Below, piece by piece: positions 30,301 through 43,600 of a stretch of 64,000 bases of DNA; the stretch's first letter is position 1, and every line of letters begins with the position of its first letter. The translations under genes and the position numbers were made by a program. The notes beneath the pieces were generated by a model. The model was not told where the DNA came from and did not search any database. It worked only from the letters and a program-made list of their open reading frames with translations. Location: contig CM022670.1 in assembly GCA_012295275.1 (NCBI GenBank), forward strand, positions 22,196,001-22,260,000, in the 5' to 3' direction. The DNA comes from Chrysomallon squamiferum. Its lineage: Eukaryota; Animalia; Mollusca.

Positions 30301-31989
30301 AACCAATGAAGAATGAAAGACAAACCCCCCCCAAAACACTATTCAATATTATAATCATTTAGAGCAAAAAGTCAACTTGCACAACTCTGCATCTGTTTCC
30401 AGATTTCTTGTGAAGAAAATGTAAGTTGAAAATTTAATTAATAGATTACTTGTCCAATGCTTCAGGTTTCAGGGTCATTTTATTTTTACAGAATGATAAA
30501 ATAAACTTCATTTGCTGAATCCTTTTTTATTTGGTTTTAATTTATCTTTTATCCCTACATTTATATTTTTATTTTTATTTTATTATTATTTTTTTCATGT
30601 TCTTTTAATACAAGTTTAGTGTTTTCATTTAACAGAATATTCTAGGTTACTGTAACAAAACTAATTGATTAAATACCTTGAAACATTGTGTTCTGCTTAA
30701 TATGACTAAATCATCAGTAATTTACATTTTTATGTAAATATTTTCAGTATTAATTTATACTGTATAAAAGTAGAGCAAATTTACCATGTAATACATTAAT
30801 AAGTGCATAGAATTTTGGAAATATATTTTATGAACATCTCATTCTCTTTATTAAGTTGTGTGTGTTACACATATGTTGCATTGTCACAGTGTTACATTTG
30901 GCTGTTAATGATGAAAGAGACCTGCTGTCACTCACTCATGTACTGAAGGTTGCACTTATTCCAATGAGTAGCACAATTGACCTTTTCCACTTAACATAGG
31001 TAATGGTATCCATGAACCTTCCAATCTTAAACAGACTATCTACCTTTGGGCTAAATACAGGTCACAGATGTCAGATAATATTGTAACATACCTTATAAAT
31101 AATATATTATGGTAAAAGAAGTAAAAATATCAATTTTTAACATCCCACACTTCAAAATACGTTTTTTGTGCTTTTGTGTATCAGTTTTGTAATATAAGAG
31201 CTCTGATGGCAAAATACTGTAGTATCAGTTTGTTAAATTTTAGTGTAATATCTGTCAGCATATATAAATGTACATGTATGCACAAGATCAAAATGATCAA
31301 CAGCTGTCAGCTGCCTATTATTTCACACAGTATCATTAATGCTATATTGATTATTTCTCTTTGAATAACTCAGTCTTTTTTATTTATTTATTTATTTATT
31401 TATTTATTTTACTTGGCAAAAAACAACAACAAAAAAAACAATTAAAAAAACCCCAAACTATATATATTTGTCGCTTTTTAAAGTATATGTTTACGTTTAC
31501 AACATAATTATTTTATGTCATGAATCATTATACATTTTTTTTTTTTTTTAAATTTTGAACATTTGTTTTGTCCAATATAATTTAAATTCATAACAATAGC
31601 CTCTTTATCAAGGCAGCATGGAGAAAAAAAAAGCAAAAAAGCAAATGGTGTTAAATAAGAATTTTATTTTAGTGTTTATAATCAAATAATATTATTGTGA
31701 AATAGGAATGACTAATTTGTTTCTTTATCGCCAGTAATTATGATGCAACAAATGTACTTGTACTTTACACAGTTTACATTGCTGTCATGTATTGCCATTC
31801 CTTTTTCCTTTGATGGAAATCATTTGTGTTCATTTGGCTCAGCTCTTGTGTGATTCAGTTCAGTATATTTTTTCTGTTCTGACAAGTGTTTGTATAATCA
31901 CTGTATATGTGTGCAGAAAGAAAATACACAAATACCCTTCATGCATTTTTTTAACAGGAACTTGAATAACAAATACTGTTTACACGAAA

Positions 31990-32027
<38 letters not shown>

Positions 32028-33310
32028 TCTTTAATAAAATTATTTTTAAAGATGACAAAAATAAATTTAAAATTAAAAAAAGACTTACAGCATTTTCTTT
32101 ATTTGAACACATGTTAAAAAGAAGAAGAAATAAACTTGGCTAATATTAAATGTGGTTTGTAGAACAAGCTAAAAATAATTTCATAAAGAAGTGTATTATT
32201 TTTCCTCCTCTGATTGTCAGACATGTATGGATTGGTTCATACAGTTAGAGATCTTGAAATTTTTGCCAAGACTGTCTGCATAATAGTGATCAAATTACTT
32301 CCACATTACAAACACATTATTGCTGCATTATGATTACATTTTTCATGTCATTTTTTTTTTTTTTGATTTGGGTGTCTGGATTAATGTCATTAAGATTTTT
32401 CTATTTGGCTGTTGATAGGAAGAAAAACAGAATCAATAAATATGTAGGCAAAACATTATTACAATGAATTTTTTGTTTTATCAGGAATATATATTTATGT
32501 ATTCATCCATTAATTGGTTTGTTTTTTCTCCCAAATGTTTGACTAATAAAGGATTTAAAAGAACAGTAAACTGACCCAATTTTATGAGGAATGTGGAGCC
32601 CATGAAAATATTTAGCTATTGATCCAACCTATAGAGTTCAGTCATGAGATAATCCTGATTTCTGTGGCTGAAAATCATGTTTTTCTTTCTGTATATACTT
32701 TTAATTTTTTCTTCTTCTTTAAAGCTGTAGGTGATGAGCTGCAGATGCATTCATTTCTGTTCACCTATTGGACTGTTTACCATTCATCCAGTACCCCTTG
32801 ACTTGTTTATCAGTGGTTGTCTGTAAATGCTTTCATGTTCTAACTGAGCAGCAACAGAAAACAGTTATGGTCAAGGCATATGCAGCATCATACATTATTC
32901 ATAAAATCAGTTGTATGCTTATTAATTTAATATACAAAAGTATTTAAGCACAATAGTATTTGATTAATACATCTGAATATGTATTGCTGCCCCAAAATTG
33001 TTTAGGTCCTGGTTCTGCATAATTAGTTGAAGGCAAAAAGCAGAGGCATGTATTTAGACAATAAAGAATTTAAAAAAGAAAAAACAAGAAAAAAATCAAA
33101 TACATTTATACTATTCATTTATACTAATGAAACAAGTTTGTTAAATAAAAATTATTTTCCCCTTGTTCTGACCTGAAATGTAGTAAAATTTATTAGCCAT
33201 ACATATTTTGTTCTCAAAAATAACATTTCATTTTGAGAAAAACAACCATGTTTAATTGTTTTAATGTTTAAAAATGTTTTATTAAAAGTTGTGTCAGTCA
33301 TAATTTTATG

Positions 33311-33349
<39 letters not shown>

Positions 33350-36300
33350 GCATGATTGCTGCAATTGTGTATGTTCTGGGTCATATCTTTTGACAGTGCT
33401 TATATTTAATGCTGATCTTTGCTGTCAGAATAGTTCAGATATAATGATTTGAAAGAAGTGTTTACACAAAAATAGAACATTTAAGAAAACAGATTTTTGT
33501 TCTTTAACATTATTTGGACAGCAAAAGTATAAGCTGTCTGGTGGATAAATCATTTGTCCAAGTATAGTGTGCACAGCTTGTACATTAATAAATATGATGC
33601 TTTTTCTTTTTCAGCGTATCTGCAGCAGACATATATTTATAAATGTATTTTTTCATTTACTGTTGATTATTATAATAACAATAATTATTTTGGATCTTAA
33701 AGTAACATTGCTTGTAATTTACACATAATCATTTTATTTGTTTATTTTTATCTTTTCTTTTTAAAATATAGATATTAGAATCAATGTTCTATTTAATGCT
33801 GTTTATTAAAAATTGGGTAGTATACACAGATAAAAAGAGTAAAACAGGATTTAGAATAAAATGAGAGAAACATGGATGGTACTACATATGTATTTAATAT
33901 AAGCTGTCCATTGTATTCTGATCATAGCTTATCACAGCATAGCTGCCTTCTATCTTACAGCTACATACTGTAGCTTCATTTAGGTAAAGAATATTGATAT
34001 AATCTAATGTCAGCAATAAGAAGTACTTATTCAGTTAATTCAGTGATAATGGTCAAAACTTTAACTTATTTAAAACATTTGTTAAATCAGCCCTGTTCAC
34101 ATAAAGTAGATTTTATTTAAATAATTTTTTTAACTGAATTTATTATTAAAATATTTCATTTGCTAATTTACTGTGCTTCATTTTTTAAATATTTCTTTAT
34201 TTGTTTTCATTATTATTATTATTATCATTTTTTTTTTTTTTTCAGTCCTCAGTAGTTACAAAGCCAAGCCTCTACCATGCACTTATTGTTATTTTCCTCG
34301 AGTTTTTCGCCTGGGGCTTGGTCACACAGCCAATTATTTCAGTAAGTTTTCAGTTTTCTGGTTTTAATTCATTTTATTGAAGTATATTTTTTATTTATTT
34401 ATTTATTTATTTTGTATGTTCATTAAAATGTTTTAGTTAACTTGAATCTGTGTGGCCATATTATAATGATATGGAGATAAAATGTTATCTCATTTGTTAA
34501 GAAAGTCTAGCTTGAAACTTTCATAGACATCATACTTCATAATGTTTTAATGATAATAAAAAATAAAGTGAACAGTTAAATGTAAAATTAAAATTTAAAA
34601 TGACTTTCCACACATCAATTTGTATGCTGATTGAATAAATGAATATGTTTCTTTGAAGTAAGCTTAATAAAATTTATAAAAATGAGGTGTTTTTCTCATA
34701 GGTATTAAATGACACATTTCCACACCATACATTTTTGATGAATGGACTCATCCAAGGAGTAAAGGTGGGTTTTATCATTTTGATTTTCTTTCTGATATTG
34801 ACAATTCAACATCTTATTTTTTGTTGTTGTCAAATTAAAAAAAAATGTGGTTTTATATATATATTTTTTGTTTTAAATTATTATTTTTTAAAGTGATAAT
34901 TAATTAAAAATCCAGCAGTGTATAAAGAAAATGGCCCTAATGTGCTTCAAACATTCATGCCATGCCAAAACTGGTATTTATTTCATAATTAATTTATAAA
35001 TATTTAGCATGTTAATAAAATGGAACTATATATGTTTTTGTACAAAAGAAAAAATGCGATTAAAAAATATAAAATTGAAACACTGATGTGATTGTTATCA
35101 TTTCTTTTGTGTTAATGAAACTGACCTGAGCCAGTTCAAATAAACATTTTAGAAAATAACAAAATAAACACATACTCAGACACGTTTACATTATATATAA
35201 TATATGCAGACCTGTTAAAATGTTTCTAAAAAGCAACAACAATAAAACAAAAAATGACATATGTGGCTTTTGACTGAAAATATATATATTAATGGTGAAA
35301 TATTATTTTGTACTAGATAATATCTTAAATAACAATATTGTTCATGATTATTTTGTTAGGCTTAGATTTACAGTTGCAGTGTGAATGATGAATATCTTCA
35401 TACAGTAAATGTTTTTTTCTGATAAATGTTTATGCACAAAGTAAAACAATTTAGTTACAAAAATATTTAAAATTTGAAACATTTTCATAAATAAGTTTCT
35501 TATTGCTCATGAATATCCATTTAATTTAATAAACTGAGGTATTTTTTCAGTGCACTTATATTGTATTCAGAATTGAAATAAATGTGTATATATTGACAAA
35601 GTTCATATTTATCAGATAGTCATCTCTTTTTTTTATTTAAAATCCATTTTGTTTTTTCTTTTGTGAAATATGAAAACAATATATCTTTCCTGTGTATTAA
35701 TAAACTGTAAATGCTAATTTTTATTGTTGTGTCTTTGATTTTAGGGAATGCTGTCATTCCTGGCTGCGCCTCTGATTGGGGCTCTGTCAGACGTGTGGGG
35801 ACGCAAGCCATTTCTTATTTTAACAGTCACTTTCACTTGTGCTCCTCTTCCTCTTATGAGGCTTAGTCCTTGGTCAGTATAGGTTTCAGTTTAGTATTCA
35901 TTTTCACACTAATAAGAATTTTGAAACTAATTATCCAGTGTCATGATAAAAACTCTTAATTCAGATATTTCTAAAAATTTGTTTCTTTGTTTTTGAAAAT
36001 TAATTATTTAATAATCTTCATCAAAAAGAAATTTTGTTAAATGAGATGTAATAGTTGATATTTCCATTCTGCTTATAAATAACTTGTTCTTGTTCAAGAT
36101 GACAAAACCTTTATTTTTATTTATTTATTATTATTTTTTCACTTAAAACTATATTATATTTACATTTTGCTATGTTTGTTTTTTAGGTGGTATTTTGCAA
36201 TGATTTCTATATCCGGTGTATTTGCTGTAACATTCAGTGTGGTGTTTGCCTATGTAGCAGATATCACTTCTGAAGAGGATCGCAGTGCTGCATATGGTTT

Positions 36301-39300
36301 AGTATGTAGTTAATTAATGTTATTATAAATATTGCAGCTACAGTGAAACATCACTTTTAGATCTGCTATGTAATATACATAAATGAATATTGTAACAATA
36401 GCTACCAGTAGTTTCACAGAAACTGCTCTGTCTTTTTCTTTTCCACAAAAACTTTTTTTTTTTTAAAATATACACATACACATAAGTATTTTATATTTGG
36501 GAACATGTTAATAATATGTTTCCATGACATTTATTTTTTTATTAATTTCTTAATTACAAGAATAGAAATTTTATCAAAGTTTTATTTTATGAAAAGAAAA
36601 AAAAAAAATGGTAATGATTTCCACACTCATCTAATATTATACTTTTTGTTACAGGTATCTGCAACATTTGCAGCTAGTCTGGTAACCAGTCCAGCTATTG
36701 GTGCCTACCTCCAGAGCTATTATAGTGAAAATCTTGTCATCTGGCTGGCTTCGTCAGTAGCACTGCTAGACATTTTATTTATTTTGGTTGCTGTGCCAGA
36801 ATCATTGCCCGAGAAACTTCGACCAGCCAGTTGGGGCTCTCAGATCTCATGGGACAAAGCAGATCCCTTTGGGGTAATTAGACTTCATTCATTCTGCTTG
36901 TTATTTTGTTAAAAACTATACAACTTACAGAATATTTAAATGAATGAAAATCTGTCTTTTGCTTATGGTTTCTGTTTATTGTGAAATGTATGTTGATGAT
37001 GCTGACAGGGAATGATACATGATGCAAGAATTATTTTTTATTTTTTATTTTTGTTTTGTTTTTCAGGTTTTTATTATTTATATTCCTAACACCAATAACA
37101 GAAGAAAAGGAAAAACAAAAAAAATCGAGATCTATGCAGAAGAAATTTAGTGTTTAATTTAATATTGGATATTGGTCATTTATTAAATAATTTTAATTAC
37201 TTTATTATCAATCTCTTTTCAGATAGACCTGGTGGATTACAAGGGTAGAGGGGAAAATTATAATTTCAATGATTTTATTTTATGATGTTCTATAATTATT
37301 TTTGTATTTATTTAATAATTTTGTTTGTTTGTTTGTTGTTGTTGTTGTTGTTGTTTGTTTGAAGACAGTTTTATAAATAATTGTATAATATTTTAATTTC
37401 AGGCTTTAAGAAAGATTGGCCAGGACCATTTAATTCTGCTTCTCTGTGTAACTGTGTTTTTATCATATCTCCCAGAAGCAGGAGAATATTCAAGTTTTTT
37501 TGTATATCTTAAACTGGTAAGGTCCAGTTGTGTTTTGTTTTATTTAATTAATAATAACATTTGTTTATTTGTATAAAAGGAGTCACAGGATTATTTCAGT
37601 ATGGATAAAATTACAAAATTATTTTGCTTTGATAAAGTATGTATTTGATGCTGGTAGCAATCAAAACATTCTGATGCAAAATCTGATTTAATTTTAAATT
37701 GACTACTTTGCATTAAACATCCCAAAAATAAATTATTTTAAAAAATGATGATGATATTAATTAATTATAAATAAAAACACGTATGTTTTAAAACTTTCAG
37801 ATTGTAGGGTTCAGAGCAGAGCAAATAGCTTCATTTATTGCATTAATAGGAGTACTGTCAGTGCTAGCTCAGGTTTGTCCTCTTTTGTATTTATTTTTTT
37901 CAGTTGATCAGACAACACATATGCATGATATAGTATATATATGTAGAAATAGTAAAGATATTTAGGTTGGGATAAGTGTAGGCAATGGAAAAAACAACAA
38001 CATTTTTAAGATTCTTTAATAAATTAATTACAGTCATTAGATAAATATTTGCCTGTCTTTATTGGAATTAGTGTCTTTAGGCCAACTTGTGATTTTCTCA
38101 ATATTCTAAGGATCTGCCTCAGTTTCAGCTTCTGAAATCAACAGATAAATGTGCTTGAAATTTGTATCTTAAAAGATGAATGTTTTTCTGTTGTTAGTTT
38201 CAAATCTGATTCTTGAATAATAAAATATTTGAAACAGATATTAACGACGTTTATACTTTTTGAAAAGTTTAATACATCATCTAAATAAATCAGATGCAAC
38301 TTAAAATGAAGTCCATCAAGAGTCTGATTGTTTTACTGTTATTACATGTTTATCAGTAAATTATTTGATAACAGTTTTTTTTTTTAATGATGTGTAATTT
38401 TTAATTATTACTATTTTATTTTATTTTATTTATTTATTTATTTATTTTCAGACATTATTTCTAGCATTGCTAATGAAATACTTTGGCCCAAAACAAGCCA
38501 TTCTAGTTGGTTTGGTCTTTGAGATTATGCAGCTGACATGTTATGGATTTGGTTCAGAACACTGGTAAATTGATTCTTCCTGTTTTACTCAAACCTTTTT
38601 TATTAATTCAGATAAAAACATTCTGCTTCAAATTAATTATCTCATTTTGAATGTTGCTGACACATTGAAGTTAAAAATAGACTATGTATAATTAAGAGAC
38701 ACTATACAATGCATGTTCTAAGTAACTTAAGCCTTTATGTGTTACAAGATAATGGTTACATTTTTATTCATCACAGATTTCTTCTTGTTTTTACCTGAGT
38801 TAAAAACTATTATTACACTTACATTCAGGATAATGTGGGTAGCAGTTTGTATATAGAAATAATAATATTCCAGCTAATATATATATTCTTCAAATTTTTA
38901 AAAATGTTTAGAAACTATTATTATCATTATCATAATGTAGGTAGTAGGCTGTCTATAAAAATAATAATATTCCAAATGCAATATATAGTCTTCATATCAT
39001 TTTATTTCTTTTAAAAACTGTTATTATAATTGTTTTCAGGATAATGTGGGTAGCAGGCTGTCTAGCAGCTGTTTCCAGTATAACTTACCCAGCAATCAGT
39101 GCATTTGTCTCAGCTCACGCACAGCCAGATCAGCAGGGTAATCACTTCTTCATTACTCTAATCAATTTTAATTACTTACTTCTGCAGTACATCTTCAGAA
39201 AGCAAAATATAAAGAAAACATGAAAAATAATATTTCTGTTACAACTTACCCATTTTATTTACTTCTTTAAAAATTCTTCCATGTTTACTTGATTTCACCA

Positions 39301-40649
39301 TTATGATATACTAATATGCTGAGTTCAGCAATTGCAAGTTCATAATAAATAAGCAATTACAAATTTATTTAAGGTGTGGCTCAAGGTGTTGTGACAGGTA
39401 TCAGAGGACTGTGCAATGGGCTGGGACCAGCTCTGTTTGGCTTCATCTTTTACCTTTTCCATGTTGATATTAACCCCATTGAAGTTCTCAATGGACATCA
39501 ATCAAAGACTAGTATTTCTAATGCTTCACATCAGGATGTACCCAGCAGTTTCAAAGTAAGTTGAAAATTATCATCAGTTTCTTTTACAGTAGCCATAGCT
39601 TTATTGGTTTTAATTTGTATATTTTGGTATTGTTACATAATACTGAATGGCAGGCTCAGTAGCATTTAAATAACAGTTGCATCACTTGTACACGCTTACA
39701 AAATGATACATAGATTAAATTATTTACTACTGCTTACTGTTAGTTTGAACCATTTAGATATATTAGGCCTCTTTCTCAGATAAATAAATGAGGAAAACTT
39801 AACGTTCATTATCAGTTTTTATTATTATGGAAAGATGTGTACTTACTCCATTCTTTTTAAAACAAAAAAATAATATAATATGTTGAATTTTGGGCTTTTA
39901 CAGGACATGGTTCCAGGACCACCATTTGCTTTTGGTGCTGTGTTAGTTATCTTGGCTTTGCTCGTGGCTGTGTTTATACCCCACAATCCACATAGTTCTC
40001 TCAGTAAGTTGATATTCTTTTCTTTGCTTTTTCATAAATCTAATGATATGCAGCAAATTAATAAATTTTCTAAGATCTTACTCTTTACAGAATCTTGGAT
40101 TTTCTTTTGTTTTAATGGGAACATGACTTATGACTGTTAATGGGTTTTTTTTTTTTTTTGTTTTTTCAATTATATGTTTAATATATTTTTGCCTATGTTC
40201 CCATAATTGCTGTGCACCTTTAAAACTAGGACATGACTTGATTCATGGTTTTCACTGTTCTTTGTTTTTTTGTTTTGTCCGTTATATTTTTTTTTTACCT
40301 TAAATTAGTTGTTACAGATTCCTGTTTGAAAGATAAACTGCTGCTATATTTGATACTTAACTGCACAATAAAATGTAATGCATTTCATTAAAATTTTGTG
40401 TTTATTCATCTGAATATTTATAAACATAATAAATAGATTAATAGAGCATTGAAATTTACATAGAAATATTTTTTGTTGCATTTTTGCTGTTTTTTTTATC
40501 ACACAACTTCGACAACAGAGACAAAATAATCATTAACAACACTACTGGCATAGTTAGCAATATTTTTAAAACAGTATTATTTTGCTTTTTCAGATGCCAA
40601 ATCATTTGAAAAAGATCCATTGATGGAAGATGAGGAAGATACACTGTAG
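27399..40649 (+). CDS. MFSD14A: MFS transporter, hippocampus abundant transcript 1-like (MFSD14/HIAT1), about 476 aa, 13 exons
   Basis: Exons 27399-27473, 34246-34341, 34702-34764, 35745-35872, 36187-36301, 36655-36873, 37403-37516, 37801-37872, 38452-38564, 39040-39137, 39374-39555, 39904-40003, 40594-40649; total 1431 nt. Motifs: HALIVIFLEFFAWGL, MFS motif A GALSDVWGRK, VSATFAASLVTSPAIG, TGIRGLCNGLGPA, PGPPFAFGA and a C-terminal EKDPLM dileucine-like signal. Probably co-orthologous to vertebrate MFSD14A and MFSD14B. Confidence 0.95.
28170..29350 (-). mobile_element. Decayed non-LTR retrotransposon (RTE-like LINE) in MFSD14 intron 1
   Basis: Minus-strand relic peptide YVSSCVFPAIRYSMKHGALTKQTKNK resembles the RTE post-RT motif (CVFP..YG.E.W.L.K...KL). 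The region has coding-like composition but many stops and frameshifts. Boundaries are approximate. Confidence 0.5.
30403..30420 (+). other. Candidate 18-nt in-frame microexon of MFSD14 (ISCEEN)
   Basis: ...TCTGCATCTGTTTCCAG|ATTTCTTGTGAAGAAAAT|GTAAGT; phase 0-0, lying inside a phase-0 intron. Confidence 0.45.
38800..39065 (+). repeat. About 105-bp tandem triplication spanning the MFSD14 intron 9/exon 10 junction
   Basis: The unit AAAACT(A/G)TTATTA...ATAATGT(G/A)GGTAG(C/T)AG recurs at about 38802, 38912 and 39014. The third copy is the functional exon start. Confidence 0.8.
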
Positions 40650-43600
40650 CGAGACTGTGAAAATAGTTGTAAAATTAATCACAAAAATGAGACATTGTGT
40701 TATGGTTGAAAAAATATTGTCCGTTGATATTTATTTCTTGTCATTTGCTTGGCAACTCACCTAGAATTATTTGAATTTTGTGACTGCTGATGAAAAAATA
40801 TAATCTGAGGATTCACTGTTACAATAATGTTTATAAATTTAAGTAGATATTTAAAAATATAGTTTCAGGATTCTTATTTACTTTTTTCAGATATAATCAT
40901 CTGCATTGTCACATAGGTTTTTGTTTTTAAAAATATATAAATAAACAAAATGTATAACATTGAAGAATGCCTCATTTATCAGTGAACCTAAATGTTATTT
41001 GCTAATACATTCTGAATTTTGGAAAAAATACTTTATGGTTTCTTAAATAAATATTTCAAATAATCATGAAATAAAATAGGTTTATTAGGACTGTCAACAC
41101 ATAGTTTTAATATTAACCTTTTTTATTTCTTGTTTTGTTTAATATTACAGGTTATTTCATTAAATATTTCTCATTTTATTTATAAAAAATATTAATCAAA
41201 ATATTGCCAGTGAATTAGTGCAGTAAAAAAGAATAAAACCTGAAAAATATCAGATATATTTTATGTTTAATGAGTAATTGATAGGCATGTTAAAAAAAAA
41301 AAAAAGATAAGAAAGAACAGTGTATAATCAATAACTGACCAGTTGAATTGTTTTCTGTTCAGCATTCATATATTAGGGTTGCTTTAGTCATTATGCTCAA
41401 AAATAATGTTGCATTTATTTTTTCTCCATATTATCATTATAAATATGTATTTTAATATTTCAGAATATTTATTTTCATTAGTATGTTGTGCATCAGTTCA
41501 GATGGTTCTGAAACCAAAACTTACAGTAGAAATAAAAAATGTTTATAGGATAATTGGTTTTCAGGCTTTGTTTCTGAAGGGAGTTTTCGGCCATGATTAT
41601 TTGATAAAAAGTTGTAAGTGTTAAATATTATTACTTTTTCTTTTTCTTTTTCTTTTCTCTTTATTATTTTTTAAAATGTTTAAATATTTCTTAGTGCTGG
41701 ATTTCATATCTGGTGGTTAATTGTTGAACAGTCTTGTTTGTATTGTATCAGAGTGAATGTTTATCCTTGTATGGTTGATAATAGGACAATATCATGTTGT
41801 AGAAATTACTTCATATGATTGGCATTGGAGTTCTCTGATTTGTTTACTGAAGACTGTTATTTTAAGTATATCATATTAATTTTCTAATACGGTTTTATTT
41901 TACTTTCTTTATTTCTAAAATTTTTGCATATTGACATCTCAGTAAATATTTTTAGTGAATTTCAAAATAGGTAACTACTTTTTTTTTTTTTTTTTGCATT
42001 TTTTCCTGACTATATATTTCTCATTTAAATATGAAATTATGAAAGTTTAAAATGCATTCATTCAAAAAACAAATAAATATATTATATCACAAACTATTTT
42101 TATTTTAAAATAATAATAATAAATAAAAATAAAAATAGTTTGTTGCAATCCTTGAAAATAGATTTGTATATATAAAAGGATTTGGTGTAGATATTCTTTT
42201 CCTGAGTTTTGTTTTCTGTTTTACATAGTAAATGTATGAAAACATTCTGTTACATTTATTAATACATCTATTATACGAAGTCTAATCAGCCTACATTTTT
42301 TTTAAAATTAAAATTACACAAATTTTATTGAATAAATTATATATATGTATGTATGCATGAATGAGTAGTGGTTTTATCTTTTCTGTTCACTGCAGTAACA
42401 GAATAATACATTATTTATAAATATTTCCAACTTTTGCACAAAAGAGGATTATAAGTTTGCCATATATACTTTGACAGTTAATAAAACATTTTAATGTTGC
42501 TACTTTTTCTAAAATTAAACAATGGAATAAGGATAATTTGAGAAATAAACATAATGGGGAGTTAATTAGTTACACTAAATTTGAATTTTTTGAAAATCAA
42601 AGCATGAAGAAAATTTAATGTATTTCAAATATTTTAGTATTTCTAGTTTTAAATTGTACCATTTTATGTACCTTTATATTTGAATGATTAGTTTGGATAA
42701 AGGAATTGTAATCTTTTAGCTAGCAAGAAATGAAAATGCTTTTTGAAAGTGCCAAAAATTTTTTTTATTGCCATAGTTTTTTCATCAAAAATATTTGGAT
42801 TCTGGCCTTATCAACAGTATCTTGGACAAATGCAGTACCAAATGCTTTTAGTCAGGCCTTATGTTTTTTCTTACTAACTTGAAATAGGTCAAAAGAGAGT
42901 TAATTAAAAAAATGACAATAATAATGAAAAAAAAAAAATGGCATGACGTTTATAGCAAGTAATGTCACTGAATTATATCCATTAAGTTTTGTTTGGATCT
43001 TGAAAAGAAATTGCTAATTGTTTTTTTTATTTGTATTTTTTTTTTTTTTAACATTTTTTTTTTCTCATTTTAAAAAAGTCTAAACAAATTTATTTTATTG
43101 GAATATGCATTGTCACAACAGTAGTGACATAGTGATCATAAATTGTGTGCTGTGCTAGGGGAAAGTGTATTTTTAATTATGGCTACACATTCAAGAAAAT
43201 TAGATTACAAAACCTTTTATTTTTATAAACCAAGCCATATCATTTGCTATAATTTTTATTAAAATTACATAAATTTGATTTTAACATGGTTCCTAACTGA
43301 ACATAGCCAATTGTAATCCATTGCAATGCCATATTTAGCTAAAAGTGTCATTTTAAAGAGAAAGAAAATAATGGCAAAATATAGAAAATCAATTTCCAGT
43401 ATATTTTAAATGTTCTGGTGATAAAAGAGAACCTTCAAAATTTAATTGAATGAAATATGATTAGCAAAGATACTTGCCACATTCTAAAATTTGAGATTTG
43501 GATAACTATTTTTGATGCTGTGTTGAATAACATGTTCCCTGGCAGTAAAAGTAATTAATAAACAAAGGAAAATATTTTAACTTTTCAAACATAAAGCAGC

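Noticed and set aside
40318-40374. Possible 57-nt phase 1-1 cassette exon in the last MFSD14 intron
   Set aside because: Weak donor (T|GTAATG) and no similarity to MFSD14 tails; the gene model is complete without it.
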